A stretch of 20,000 bases of DNA from Catajapyx aquilonaris (GCA_000934665.2 JYFJ02001426.1:60471-80470); one strand, 5' to 3'. Positions 1-12,944 are shown, counted from the first letter of the stretch. Notes: generated by a model from the letters alone, not told the origin. A program made the numbers and translations.

Positions 1-3000
1 GGTGGAAAGCCCATCACAGGTAAAAGAATATCAGTCCTCATTAAGTTGCTTATTTATGACATGTTGATATTTATGTTGAATATCTACAAAAAATGTCAGT
101 AGCATTGGTCAGGGGGTGGGTCGAAAAGTAAATAGGTATAATTTAAAATTATTCAGGTTCTGGCCATGATTGCTAGTTGTTATACATGTATTCATGCTCC
201 TTCATTTTTTTACCTCAGGTTACTATGTGGAAAAACGTGATAGAGGAGGTGAATGGATCAAGGCAAACAACTATGCCACACCGAACACTAGCTTCACTGT
301 ACAAGGACTGCATGAAGGCTCCCGATATGAATTCCGTGTTGTGGCTGTCAATGAAGCCGGGCCAGGGAAACCTAGTAAGCCCACTGAGCCTCTTACGGCC
401 AAGGTTCAGAGATGTAAGTATTATTTATTCTACTAAAATGCTTATTTGGATGTAGTTATCTTTAGAGATACTCTGAGATTTATTACCACATATTTTATGA
501 GCATAATTTATTTTGTTTCATCATAATGGATATTAAATCATCAAATATGTAGTTTTTAAATATAACAATATTATTGAACTCAAAACTTTTCAAATACACA
601 CAAGATTAGTTTCTGAATTCAGCTTGTAGGTAACAATATATTGTTTTACAATAGTCAAGCCAGATGCACCAGATGCTCCTCGCCCAGAGCGGATAACAAA
701 GGACAGTGTGACTCTTGGATGGAAACCACCTGTAAATGACGGTGGTGCCAAAATCAAGGGATACATTATCCAGAAGAAGCCAAAGGGTGATGAAACCTGG
801 ACAGATGTGAACTCCGTTCCCCATCCTGGTACCTCCTTCACTGTGCCGCAGCTGAAGGAAGGTGAGGAGTACAACTTCCGGGTGATTGCTGTCAATGAGG
901 AGGGAAGGTCTCCTCCAAGCCGCCCCAGCCAGGGAATAGTAGTGGAAGAGCAGCCCAACAGACCCAGGATCGATTTGGGAGCCATAAAGGATGTGACAGT
1001 CCGTGCAGGAGAAGACTTCTCTGTGCATGTGCCATTCCAGGCCTTCCCCAAACCAACAGCAGCCTGGTTCAATAATGATCTGATCCTTGATGAGGGAGAT
1101 CAGAGGATACATCAGCAGCTTAGTGATGACTTTGCCAGCCTTGTGGTGACGAATGCAAAGAGGTCTGATTCAGGCCAATACAAGATACAACTCAGGAATC
1201 CATCTGGTTTTGATACCGCCACGCTCAATGTAAGAGTGTTGGACAGGCCATCGCCGCCTGAGAACCTCAGAGCCGATGAGTTTGCAGGGGAAGCTCTGAC
1301 ACTTATCTGGAATCCACCCAAGGACAATGGTGGTGCTGATATTACAAACTATGTGGTTGAGAGGAGGGAGCCTAGGTCGCCTACATGGTCAAAGGTGCGA
1401 CTATATCTTTGTTATATAATTTTTGAAACATATGGGAACAGTTCATATGAAATATTATCATTCTCATTAGTACTTAAAGCAGCAAATTAAATCGCATGTG
1501 AACGATGTGATAATATTTGGGGTCTGTATTATAAACAATAGCAATAATTTTGGCCAGTCATTTTATTAATTTATGCCTTGGTTGAGCATATAATAATTCT
1601 TTTCATGAGTATTACGTTATTATTAGCAGTACCCTTGTGGGATTTTCAAAGGCTCTTTGTAAATGGATAGGAATATGTGCTGATTAAATCAAAAAATTTA
1701 CTGATTATTATCCTTACAATCACATAATTTCAGTACTAATGATATTTTATAACTGTGTTTCAAACAGATAAGCAGCTACGTGACCACCACATACATCCGT
1801 GTGCGCAACTTGGTTATTGGAAAGAACTATGAATTCCGTGTGATGGCAGAAAATCAGTATGGAACATCTGATCCTGCAATGACCCTCGACCCAGTCAAGG
1901 CCAGGCATCCATTTGGTGAGTACTGTACCTTCAAATGCACTCTGAAAGAGATCCTCTATTTTACTTACTTTTCTCATATGACAGATGTTCCTGGGCCACC
2001 TGGAGTTCCCAGGTCAGTGGAGACCACAGAAGACTCCATCACCTTGTCGTGGATCAAACCAAGGAACGACGGAGGATCACTCATTACTGGATATGTCATT
2101 GAGAAGAAGATGGTCGGAGAGGATAAGTGGACCAGGGCGTCGCATGCTGTCATCCCTGATCTGACCTACAGGGTGATCAACTTGGAGGAGAACCGCGAGT
2201 ATGAGTTCCGTGTAGCAGCCATCAATGCTGCTGGACAGGGGGCATGGAGCGGCACATCAGACGCAATCAGATGCAGACCTCCACCTTGTAAGATTTTGTT
2301 ACAATGCTTTATATCCTCATGGAGCTATTATTTGACATTTTTTTTCAAATTTAAGCAAATTTTAAGAACAAACTGTTACAGAAAAATGTGATAATTTCTA
2401 CTACATTAGATATACCAGTGTGAAATGCAATTGTATAATTCCTGAAAAAAGGAAACATCTACGTATATAAAATAATTTCTCCTATAATAATATTTTAATA
2501 CAGTGATGATACATCCACTTTTTCAGCTGCCCCGAGGATCACTAGTGACCTGAGCATCCGTGACATGACTGTGATAGCTGGTGAGGAATTCACCATCACT
2601 GTGCCATTCACTGGTAGCCCATTGCCCAAGGCCACTTGGACAGTGAATGCAGATGAGGTGTTCCAGGATGACCGCATCAAGTTCGAAACCAGCCCAGGAT
2701 CTACAGTGTTCAAGAACAAGTGTGCTAAGCGCACTGATTCTGGGAAGTACACCATCCAACTGGTCAACAGTGAAGGATCAGACACTGCTTCCTGCAAGGT
2801 TCTGGTTGTTGACAAGCCAACTCCTCCAGTGGGACCTCTGGATGTGTCTGACATAACTCCAGAGACATGCACTTTGACCTGGAAGGCACCTGTGGATGAT
2901 GGAGGGTCACCAATCACCAACTATGTTGTGGAGAAACTTGATACACTCACCGGGGTTAGTCTTAAGAATTAATTAATTCCCCATATCCCAATTTGTCTTC

Positions 3001-6000
3001 AGTGCAGGATGAAATACTGACAAAATATCTTTTTCTCCAGCTGTGGCTACGTGTCAGCAGCTTTGTTCGTGGATGCACCTACAATGTGCTTGGCCTGGAG
3101 CCGAACAAGAAGTACAGCTTCCGCGTCCGTGCAGAGAACCAGTATGGAGTTAGCGATCCCTTGGAGACTGGTTCCCCCATCACAGCCAAGTTCCCATTTA
3201 CTGTCCCCGATCCCCCAAGTGCACCTCGTGTCATGGACCACGATTCCCACATGGTCAGCCTGGTTTGGGACCGCCCCTGCCACGATGGAGGAGCCAGAGT
3301 CCAGGGCTACAAGGTGGAATTCAGGGATGTGGCAGAGGACCAGCAATGGAGGACAGCCAACGACTACCTCTGCAAGGACACCAACTTGCAGGTTCACAAC
3401 CTACTGCAGGGCCACGATTACGAGTTCAGGGTCAGAGCCAAGAATGCTGCTGGATTCAGCAAACCATCAGCACCATCTGGAAGATTCAAGGTAAAAGACA
3501 GAGTTTGTGCAGAAAAATTTAATTCCTTATTTTATTTTGTGGTACACCTTTACAAAGTGACATTAGAAAATTGCGATAATGTTGTTGAGTAAATTATGGC
3601 ATAATCTGAAGTGTATGAATGATAAAGCTTTTTTTAAACATCTTCCAGTTGTTTGTCAGATTGTAATTTTTAAAATGTACCTTATGTTCTTTACTGCAGG
3701 TCAAGGGCAAGCATGGAGTTCCATCTCCTCCTGGCAACCCTCGAGTGTCCAAGGTGGGTAAGAACTATGTTGACCTCAAATGGGATGCTCCAGCATCAGA
3801 TGGTGGCAGCCGCATCACTGGATACATCATTGAAAGGCGAGAGGCTGGCAGTACCTTCTGGCTCAAGTGTAATGACTTCAGCGTTACCGACTTGGAGTTC
3901 ACAGTGCCAAACTTGTTGGAAGGCATGGACTATGAGTTCAGGATTATTGCAGTCAATGCTGCTGGCAAATCAGAGCCAGCTGCCTGTGCCTCACCAGTCA
4001 AGGTCCAGGAAGTTGTTGGAGGAGAGAAACCACAGTTTATCAGAGGACTGGTCAACCAGGGTGCACCCCGAGGGAAGGGTTTCACCTTGGAATGCCAGGC
4101 CAGTGGAAAGCCGCAGCCAAAGGCACGATGGCTCAAGAATGGGCGGGAAGTTCCACTTGGTGGACGCATCCATGCAGAAGATGTCAATGGTGTCTTCAAG
4201 CTTGTCTTCTCCGAGTTGGTGGATGGAGACGAGGGTGACTACACATGTGAAGCCAGCAATGCAGTTGGGTATGCTACCACAACCGCAAGGCTGCGTGTTG
4301 GGGCGCCACCGAGGATAGAAAGGATACCTGGAGACCTCTACCTGCCAGAGAAGGATAACACCAAGATCAAGGTACGATCGTCATTTTTAAAGTCATTCCT
4401 GTAGCTATTACATTTTTATTACCTTCGCATTTTTGGCTGTAATATTTGTTACATCATGCTAATGATAACATCGTCTTGTACTTGATCACAGATATACTAC
4501 TCTGGCGATCAGCCCATGGACGTGACTCTGACCAAGGATGGCAAGCCCGTGGTGGAGACCACACACATCAAGTACACAGTGTTTGATGAGTATGTGATTA
4601 TCTTCATCAAGGAAGTGGAGAAGAACGATGCTGGAAACTACACTATCAATGTGAAGAATGATAGCGGAAGTGTATCTGCCTCCTTCACTGTATACATCAC
4701 TGGATTGCCAGGACCTCCACAGCCACCACTTGATGTGTCGGATGTGAGCAAACACACGTGCACTCTGGCCTGGAAGCCTCCTGCATATGACGGAGGCCTG
4801 AGGGTCACACACTACGTTGTGGAAAGGAAGGATGTGTCTCACACTCACTGGATATGCATTTCAAGCTTTTGCAAAGACACTTACTACATGGTGCAAGGGC
4901 TGACTGAAGGTCAGGAGTACCTCTTCAGGGTCATGGCCGTCAATGACAATGGAATGGGCCCACCACTGGAGGGTGCAAATCCAATCAAGGCCAAGGCTCC
5001 TTTCGGTAAGGAACTGATAAGTCTACATGTTAAGTTTAGTTCATGCATTTCTCTCATACCCATTCTCCATTGATCCTTTGTAGACCCACCATCAGCACCT
5101 GGTATCCCGAATGTGACAGAAGTTGGTGGCGACTTTGTCAACCTCCAATGGGACAAACCAGAGTCGGATGGAGGTTCTCGTATCCAGGGCTACTGGATAG
5201 ACAAGAGAGAGTCTGGAAGCCAGGCCTGGCAGAGGGTGAACGTGATTCTCTGCATTACAACCCAGATCAACATCTCCAACCTGATCGAGGGAAGGCAGTA
5301 CGAGTTCAGGGTCTTTGCCCAGAACGAAGCTGGTCTTAGCCCAGCCTCAATGGCCTCCACCTCAGTTAAGATCAAGGACCCACATGCTGCCAAACCACCA
5401 GAGATCATCATGCCACTCAGAAGTGTGATGGCCCTGGAGAACAAGAGTGCCACCTTCCAGTGCAAGATCACTGGATCCCCTACTCCTCATGTCACATGGT
5501 GTGTATAATGCTAAGTACTTTCTTTGCTAAGTATAAGTCAAGATGTTCAAACTACTTATGTAACTTTATATAAATGCTCAGGTTCAAGGGCACAAGGGAG
5601 CTGATGGGAAGTCACAAGTATCACATGATTCACGAGGGAGAAGACTCATATTCCCTGACCCTTTACAATGTGTATGGTGATGATGCTGACGAGTACGTCT
5701 GCCGAGCTGTCAACAAGGGTGGTTCCAAGTCTACCCGAGCAGAATTGGTGTTCATGAGTGAGTCAAGTTTCGTTCTATGATTTATGATGTTACAGTTACA
5801 CCTTTAATGCCTTCTTTTCAAATGCAGCACCTCCCAAGATCAATGTGCCTCCAAGGTTCCGCGACACAGCCTTCTTCGACAAGGGTGAGAATGTGATAAT
5901 CAAGATCCCATTCACTGGGTTCCCCAAACCAAAGATAAAGTGGGTCAGAGAGGGAGAGATCATCGAATCTGGAGGCCATTACAGCGTACAGGTTAAGGTG

Positions 6001-6730
6001 AGAGAAAACACTCACTTCTCTGGAAGCTTTCACTGGTTGTAGCTCTGGTTAAGAAGGTAACGGAGAAAATGAGAGAATACGTAGACCAGGATGTGTCAAG
6101 TAATAAGATTATTTTAAGTTATATAAAATTTTGAAGTCAGTTGTTTTTATTGCATAATTTGTATTCAGGAGACAAAATAATTTTGTGAGGATATGTCAAT
6201 GGACAGGAATGACAATAGCTTCAAATATATTTTATTCCTTTTTCTAGGAGCGCCATGCCATCCTTACTATCCGTGATGTGTCCAAGATGGACAGTGGTCC
6301 TTACAGACTGGATGCTGAAAATGACCTTGGCATGGACTCAGTCATCATCAAGCTTCAGATCAGTGGTGAGTCTTGCTCCTACGACATCAGGATGGGCTCA
6401 TCATGGTGAAGAGTAATGGACTGTGCACTGGTTGTTCTTTGCAGATCGTCCTGATCCACCACGCTTCCCAGGAGTGGAGAAGGTTGGAACCGATTCCCTA
6501 ATGGTGAACTGGAAGCCTCCTCTTTGGGATGGTGGTAGCAATATCACCAACTACCTTGTGGAGAAGCGGGAGATCCCCATGACCAGCTGGATTCGAGTTG
6601 GCAGCACCCGTGTCACCAGCATGTCAGTGTCTGCACTCAGTCCTGGACACCAGTATGAATTTAGGGTGTATGCTGAGAATGTGTATGGACGTAGTGATGC
6701 CAGTGATGTGACCAACATTGTGACCACCAA
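1..6730 (+). other. Projectin Fn3/Ig region: Fn(partial)-Fn-Ig, Fn-Fn-Ig, Fn-Fn-Fn-Ig-Ig, Fn-Fn-Ig-Ig, Fn
   Basis: Domain signatures in the spliced translation, e.g. LGWKPPVNDGGAKIKGY, LIWNPPKDNGGADITNY, LKWDAPASDGGSRITGY; Ig motifs DSGQYKIQLRN, DEGDYTCEASN. Domain boundaries are approximate. Confidence 0.88.
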
Positions 6731-9700
6731 AGACACTGGAAAGAAGGTTGTCAAGAAGAAGCAGTATGAGGTGGATGCCACTGGGAAGAAGATTAGGGGC
6801 AGTTCCGACGAGAAGGTCAAGGACTATGACCAATACGGTAAGTGTGAGACAGTCACAGAGTTGTTAGTTGGATGGGATCAGACAGGAATATTAGGTTAAT
6901 TAGCTCATCGTTATTACCTATATACTGTACTGTATAATTAATGCCTCTTTCTCTTTCCTATGGCCAGTGTTTGACATATATTCAAAATACGTTCCCCAAC
7001 CTGTTGACATCAAGACAACCAGTGTGTATGACTATTATGACATCCTGGAGGAGATCGGCACTGGTGCTTTTGGAGTGGTCCACCGCTGCCGAGAAAAGAA
7101 GACAGGCAACATCTTCGCAGCCAAGTTCATTCCTGTTTCACATGCCCTGGAGAAAGAGCTGATTCGCAAGGAGATTGATATTATGAATCAGCTTCACCAT
7201 CACAAGCTCATCAACCTCCACGATGCATTTGAGGATGACGATGAAATGGTCCTCATCTTTGAATTGTGAGTGTTGTTTTTACGTGAAACATTGGAACCAG
7301 TTGTAAAAATTTTTGATATTTATAGCCTTTCTGGTGGAGAACTCTTTGAGAGGATAACGGCAGAAGGCTACTCCATGTCTGAGTCTGAGGTGATCAACTA
7401 CATGAGGCAGATCTGCGATGCAGTGAAGCACATGCATGAGAAGAACATTATTCACCTGGGTAAGTTGATACGCACATGAAAAATGGGGGGATTACACTTA
7501 AAAGAGAATATTCTGAAATGTAATTTGCACTTTGTCCAAATTATACATTACAGTGCCTATTTCTTACAAAGTAAGTGGAGCTTACTGTTTTGGTTTATTT
7601 AGATATCAAGCCAGAGAACATCATGTGCCAGACGAAGAGCAGCACTAGTGTGAAGCTCATCGACTTTGGTCTGGCTACCAAATTGGATCCTAACGAGATA
7701 GTGAAGATATCCACAGGCACGGCTGAATTTGCTGCTCCAGAGATTGTGGAGAGAGAGCCAGTTGGATTCTACACTGACATGTGGGCTGTTGGCGTCCTGG
7801 CATATGTGCTGTGAGTTACAGTTGTGTTCTGTTTTAAAAAGCATGGGGAACTCCATTTTGTGTTTGTCTCACATAAGATGTATTGACATCAATCCTTTTG
7901 GGCAAGAGGTCTAGAATTTTAAAGACATTTGGGGTTAAATGTGTTTTTTTTTTTTTAATTGCCCAATTGCACAGATTGAGTGGCCTGTCACCGTTTGCTG
8001 GTGAGAACGATATTGAGACCCTGAAGAATGTGAAGGCTTGTGACTGGGACTTTGACGAGGAGGCCTTCTCTGGAGTGTCTGATGAGGGCAAGGACTTCAT
8101 CCGCCGCCTTCTGATGAAGAACAAGGAGAAGCGTATGACCGCCCATGAGTGCCTTATGCATGCCTGGCTCACCGGAGACCACACTGGGCGCACTCAACCC
8201 ATCAACCAGTCCAGATACCTTCGCATGCGGGACAAGATACGCTCCAAGTACACCGACTGGGATTCCTTCCTGTTGCCAATTGGAAGGCTTGCAGAGTACA
8301 GCTCTCTCAGGAAGCTGCATGCGGAGAAGTACAGGATGCACGACACTTATTTCGGTCAGTTAGTAACATGGACTGTACTATTTTCAATTAAACATTTTTT
8401 GTGTGACAGGATTTTATAAATTTGAGAACAAGGATAACAGTAGACTGATTTTTCAAATGGGATATGGCAAGCTTTATACCATTCTATCATAACTGTACGC
8501 AATTCTTTGTAGATTAGACCCTTTAGTAACAAGGAAAATCTGGATCATCCGAGGGATTAATTTGTACATAAAATTATGTGATGGGACTGAATATTTTTCA
8601 TAGAATGAAGGCAACTGTTGCATTTATATGATTGCAGTGTTATGGTATCACTATTATTACATTATTAAAGCCTAGAATAACTCCATAATCACTTATTGAA
8701 CTATTATCTTCAGATCGCAGGCAAGCGGCCCCGAGGTTTGTGATCAAGCCACAGAGTGCATTTGCATACGAGGGCCAGAGCGCCAAGTTCTACTGCCGTG
8801 TGATTGGCATCGCAGCTCCTACTGTCACCTGGTTCCACAACAATGCAGAGCTGCGCCAGAGTGTGAAATTCATGAAGCGCTATTGTGGGGATGACTATAC
8901 CTTTGTCATCAACCGTTCCAAGCTGGATGACAGAGGGGAATATATTATCAGGGCAGAGAATCATTACGGGTTCACTGAAGAAGTTGTCTTCCTCAATGTG
9001 CAACGTGAGTAGTTGTTTTTCATTAATGTAGAAGAGAGATTGGAAAGGTGTGCACTGTCAATGGGTTCATTAATTTGCAGCAATGCCAAAGGATGTTCCT
9101 CAGTACAAGCCTGACATCCAGATCGTGAGACGTCGCAAGCCTTTGGAGTACAAACTGTGGCAAGAGGAGCGTGAAAGTGCCCCAACCTTCACCTTCCTGC
9201 TCAGACCTCGTGTCATGCAGATGAGGCACACCTGCAAGCTTCTCTGCTGCCTCAGTGGACGACCTGTGCCAACTGTACGTGCCTCATTAATTTAAAATGT
9301 CATTAAAATATTCTTAGGGTTTTTTGACATGTGATAGAGACTTGATGTTAAGTGTTAATGATATGCAATGAAAATGAACTACATATAATTAAGGAACATT
9401 TCTTGATTGACTGACAGCTACATGCTGCAGGCCAGAGCTTTTAAACTTGCTCATGAAGTGTAGGTACATTTTTGCTGTTTTTTTCTTGCAGGTAAAATGG
9501 TACAAGGGCACGAAAGAGCTGAACAAGTATGAGTATTCCATCAGCCAGAGTGATGGTGTGGTGTTCCTTGAGATTCTGGACTGCAAACCATCTGACTCTG
9601 GGAAGTACCGATGTGTGGCTACCAACCTCCATGGGTCTGATGAGACATCATGTGTGGTCATCGTAGAGGGAGGATCTGAGTCCACTGAGCAGCAGGCTAT

Positions 9701-11630
9701 GGCACACAACTGGCTGCACTCAGGAGGTATGTGAGATGATTCCTCTAGTAGTCTAGTAGGAAGAGAGTTAATCATATCAATAGTAGTCAATAGGTTGTTG
9801 GAACTGTCCGGTATTGATGTTTGAAAATTTAGGCCACGTCATGCTATATCACATCAGAATTTTAACCTTGAGCATCATGCAGCTTTGGCTAATGTGTTTT
9901 TTTTTCTTTATGCAGAGCGAAAGTACATGCCTGAACCAGGTCACCAAACCAGAACAATAAACCTCCCACAAGTAGTGAAGATGGCTGAACCAAGGAGTGT
10001 TTCACATGTTCCTGTCAAGACTCCATCTCTGCTGGATGTCAGCAGTGCCAGGAAACCTGTGGCCTACGGAAAGAAACTGGATGCCACTGGTAGTCCATCC
10101 AGGTCCAGGAGCACCACTAAGGAGCTAGAACGTTAGTCTTGAACCTATTTGTGAATTGTTTTACAATAGGAAAGCTTGTCCTCAGAGTATGTGAATGAGA
10201 ATGGGGACACTTTTTTTTCTTTTCAGTTCCCCCTGATGACTCGACCATGTGTCCACCCAACTTCACCTCCAAACTTAATGACCTGACAGTCAAGGATGGA
10301 GAAAGTCTACAGCTGAAATGCTCGGTCAAGGGAGACCCAGAGCCACAGGTTACGTGGCTCAAAAATGGCGAGGTATTAATTTTCAATACCTTTTACTTGT
10401 TCCAGTTACACTGTTCACTCTTATTCTCTCGCAGATCTTGAGCTCATCTGATGTGGTGGACCTGAAATACAAAAATGGATTGGCCACCTTGAACATACAG
10501 GAGGTATTCCCAGAGGATGAGGGAACGTATGTTTGCAAGGCCACCAACAGCCTTGGTGCCAATGAAACTAGCTGCAAACTCAAAGTCATGCGTAAGTACA
10601 GAAGATATCAAAAAATCTGTTGGCCTTTCACAGATTTGTTTTAATGCCTCCATGGTCACATGAACAAAATGTACCGTACCTTACAAGTTGGGAGCGCTTT
10701 CCTTATTTCCAATAATGGATTTAAATTTAACCATTATTTCTGTTGCAGCTATGCCATCTGCTGTTGATGGCGCAGCTAAGTCAGATGACAAGCCTCCCAA
10801 GATAATGGATCACCTTCTATCAGCTGTGGTTGGTGATGGAACCAAAGTGACACTTTCATGCCGGATCACGGGTAAGGATGACTGGGAGAATATTAATATT
10901 CGACTGATGCTAGGAATAGGACAGGTCTTGACTCCCTGTTTGGTCACTAGGAGCCAAGAAGTTTGATGTAATCTGGCTGCATAATGATAAGGAGATCAAG
11001 AACAGCAAAGACTTCCAATACGAAAGCGAAGGCGAGACCTACAAGCTCAATATCGCCGAAATCTTCCCTGAGGATGCTGGAACCTACACATGTGAGGCCT
11101 TCAACAATGCCGGCGAGGCCTTCAGCAGCTGTACATTGGTAGTTGTAGGTAAGTTGCAGAACCATATTCTCAGGGGTTTTCGAAGGAACTAGCCCCCACT
11201 GACCTTGCCACTGATGCACCATGTGAAATTCTCGTTGTTACAGTGCCGAACGAGGAACCAAAGAGTCCTGCTTTCAAAACATTCCCAAAATCTGCAACTG
11301 TAGGTGAAGGCCAATCAGCACACTTTGATTGCGAGCCCGAAAAAATCCCACTGAAAGGTGAGTCCTCTTTCTTAGTGTGTCTTTGTTCATGTTAAACTGT
11401 TTCTACTCTGTATGTTATTCTTCCTAGTGACTTGGTTGAAGGATGGGAAGCCAGTAGATGAGGAAAGTCCAAAGTTCAAGTTCACCCTTGATGGCAAGAA
11501 GAAGTTCAAGTTTGAGATTGTGAACTGCACTGTGACCGACGTGGGTCAATACATGGCAAAGATCATTGGAAAGAAGGGAGAGGTCACTGCTGCCTTCTCT
11601 CTCAACGTGCTTGGAGCTGGAGAACTGTGA
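1..11630 (+). CDS. bt: Projectin/twitchin (titin-like giant muscle kinase), 5'-truncated; last 28 exons
   Basis: Exons read from GT/AG boundaries: 1-19, 219-413, 655-1394, 1768-1915, 1985-2287, 2527-2954, 3041-3490, 3700-4371, 4492-5005, 5084-5498, 5582-5757, 5828-5997, 6248-6365, 6445-6837, 6968-7265, 7326-7459, 7603-7810, 7975-8354, 8714-9004, 9081-9274, 9492-9726, 9916-10131, 10227-10372, 10435-10591, 10749-10871, 10951-11148, 11244-11357, 11428-11630 (TGA). All phases are compatible and the total is 7638 nt. Fn3 repeats (W.PP..DGG..I..Y..E..YEFRV.A.N..G), I-set Ig repeats (D.G.Y.C.A.N), a kinase and 5 C-terminal Ig domains match the known projectin layout. Confidence 0.96.
7036..8170 (+). 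other. Twitchin/MLCK-like Ser/Thr kinase domain (CAMK group) spread over 4 exons
   Basis: GTGAFG Gly loop, FAAKF lysine, HL-D-IKPEN catalytic loop (Asp codon split G|AT by intron 7460-7602), DFG, GTAEFAAPE, DMWAVGV, SPF. All catalytic residues are present. The twitchin-type autoregulatory tail follows (RYLRMRDKIRSKY...LLPIGRLAEYSSLRK). Confidence 0.95.
8714..11630 (+). other. Projectin C-terminal region: Ig-Ig, unique linker, Ig-Ig-Ig
   Basis: Five I-set Ig domains (DRGEYIIRAEN, DSGKYRCVATN, DEGTYVCKATN, DAGTYTCEAFN, DVGQYMAKI) with a non-Ig Ser/Thr/Pro/Lys-rich spacer at about 9670-10250. Confidence 0.88.
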
Positions 11631-12575
11631 ATCACATGAGCAGCGTGAGTATATTAAAGTCTGTCTTAATATCAATGAAATCTGATGCAATCTAGATAGG
11701 GTCTTATTATTTAAAATTATGTGTCCATAACCTCAAAATAATTTTTGGGGGGAGAACAGGAAAATAATGCTGTCTGCTCTGCCAAATTTTTAGGCAGTGT
11801 CCTACAAGACATTACACTGCCTAGGAGATACATTTCTATTATTTTTACTGCAAATATTGATACCTTTCTCTGCTTCTTTCCTATTTTTTAATGCTAAAAT
11901 CAGATAAAGCGAACGGAACTTATAGTGAGTACCACAGGACCTACACTGCACCATAACAAGATCCTATAGATCCTGTGGCACTCCAACGACAAAGAATCAA
12001 GAGCCAGCGTCCATGAAACCTGCAACTCTTGTGATTCACATTGCACAAGCTAAATTGTGTGGAGCTCCAGCGGAAATAAATTCTTCCCCAGGTGTACATT
12101 TTCGCATTTTTCTAAGGACTTATTAGGGTGAAAGAAATATTAAAATGACAAAAAAAGAGATCAAGGATTGTTACTGGCCTGTGCTAGACAAAAAAAAAAT
12201 GCAAAAAATCTTGTAAAAAATAGGCAGATTAAAAAAAAATATATGCACAAGTTTAGGTTGGCTTCCCATATCACAAAATGGGAAACATGCACTCATATTT
12301 TTTGCAGAATTATCAGATGTGCTACGAAAAAAATATATAATAATACTCAAAGTGTGTGTGTTCATCTAGTCCACATATAAGGAAGACTGAATGATGTTTC
12401 CCTCCATACATTGGAATAAATAATTACACAAATTCGAAAGGGCAAATCTCAAGCAAACCATTTAGTAATGCTTTCTACATATTCTTATGTAGCATCCAAA
12501 CATGATGGGGAATATAGTGTTAATAACATGGCCCACCTCTCAAGTGTAATAAACATTCAAAAAAATAATATTCGG
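11631..12575 (+). other. Projectin 3' UTR (end inferred)
   Basis: AT-rich noncoding sequence after the TGA, with AATAAA at 12075-12080, 12415-12420 and 12548-12553. Confidence 0.6.
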
Positions 12576-12590
12576 TGTTTTATTTGGCAT
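12548..12590 (+). terminator. Likely distal polyadenylation signal of projectin
   Basis: AATAAA at 12548-12553 followed by a GT/T-rich downstream element (ttcggtgttttatttgg, 12571-12587). Confidence 0.55.
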
Positions 12591-12673
12591 CCTCTGTCTG
12601 GTTCCTACGGGATTTCCTCCTCGTATCTATACTAACAAAGTAGGCAAGATAGTTGTACAAATGAGTCGTGTGG

Positions 12674-12683
12674 GTTACATAAC
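12674..12683 (-). promoter_or_regulatory. PAR-bZIP/E4BP4 site (D-box, V/P box)
   Basis: GTTACATAAC, which reads GTTATGTAAC on the minus strand, a 10/10 match to RTTAYGTAAY. Confidence 0.45.
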
Positions 12684-12877
12684 AGCTCAGGATATCATTC
12701 AGGTTCTGGACATCGATCTGTCAACAATATAGCTTGTTTCTGTAGTCTCTGTAGGTCGCACATGCGCTCTACATTCGAGGATTTGTTAGTAAACTCTTCA
12801 GCGTCCCTTTAAAATTCAACACCTCCCCATATGGTGCCCACTGATCGCGAGGGGATCAGTACGAATGGGTCTCAAGG

Positions 12878-12944
12878 CCAATGTGGGGCGGCTTTGCTCC
12901 ACTTAAATCATGCTGAAGGGTCGGGGAGGTCCCTCGTGTCATTC
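12878..12944 (+). promoter_or_regulatory. Putative core promoter of the Drat-like gene (CCAAT box, GC box, initiator)
   Basis: CCAAT at 12878-12882, GGGGCGG at 12885-12891, and TCATTC at 12939-12944 matching the arthropod Inr TCAKTY. It lies at the start of a CpG-rich region. Motif-only inference. Confidence 0.45.

Noticed and set aside
6245..6250. TAGGAG tandem acceptors (also 10948-10953)
   Set aside because: GAG is a very poor acceptor; no reason to expect NAGNAG variation.
1..6730. Recurrent DNA similarity such as GARTTCMGNGT (EFRV) suggesting a repeat array
   Set aside because: Explained by protein-level Fn3 repeats; not a CRISPR array or satellite.
7036..8170. Possibility that the kinase is a pseudokinase
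   Set aside because: The apparently missing catalytic Asp is restored by splicing (G|AT); Lys, DFG and APE motifs are intact.
9489..9497. CAG|GTAAAA acceptor followed by a donor-like sequence (recursive-splice-like; also 15838-15846)
   Set aside because: The introns are short, the GT is a Val codon of the domain, and skipping the exon would shift the frame.
11628..11636. Stop-codon readthrough or selenocysteine at the TGA stops (also 17231-17233)
   Set aside because: Contexts are TGA-ATC and TGA-ATT rather than the leaky TGA-CTAG type; both proteins end at natural domain ends and no SECIS was recognised.
590..11690. Numerous minus-strand and alternate-frame ORFs (e.g. 590-1072, 606-1112, 2495-2920, 3051-3494, 3713-4318, 7988-8341)
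   Set aside because: Shadow ORFs of GC-richer projectin exons; no domain signatures or independent splice structure.
12168..12380. Overlapping ORFs on both strands in A-rich sequence
   Set aside because: Low-complexity 3' UTR; Lys/Asn or Phe bias comes from A/T runs.
12840..12860. ACTGATC-N7-GATCAGT inverted repeat
   Set aside because: Only 7 bp; within chance expectation.
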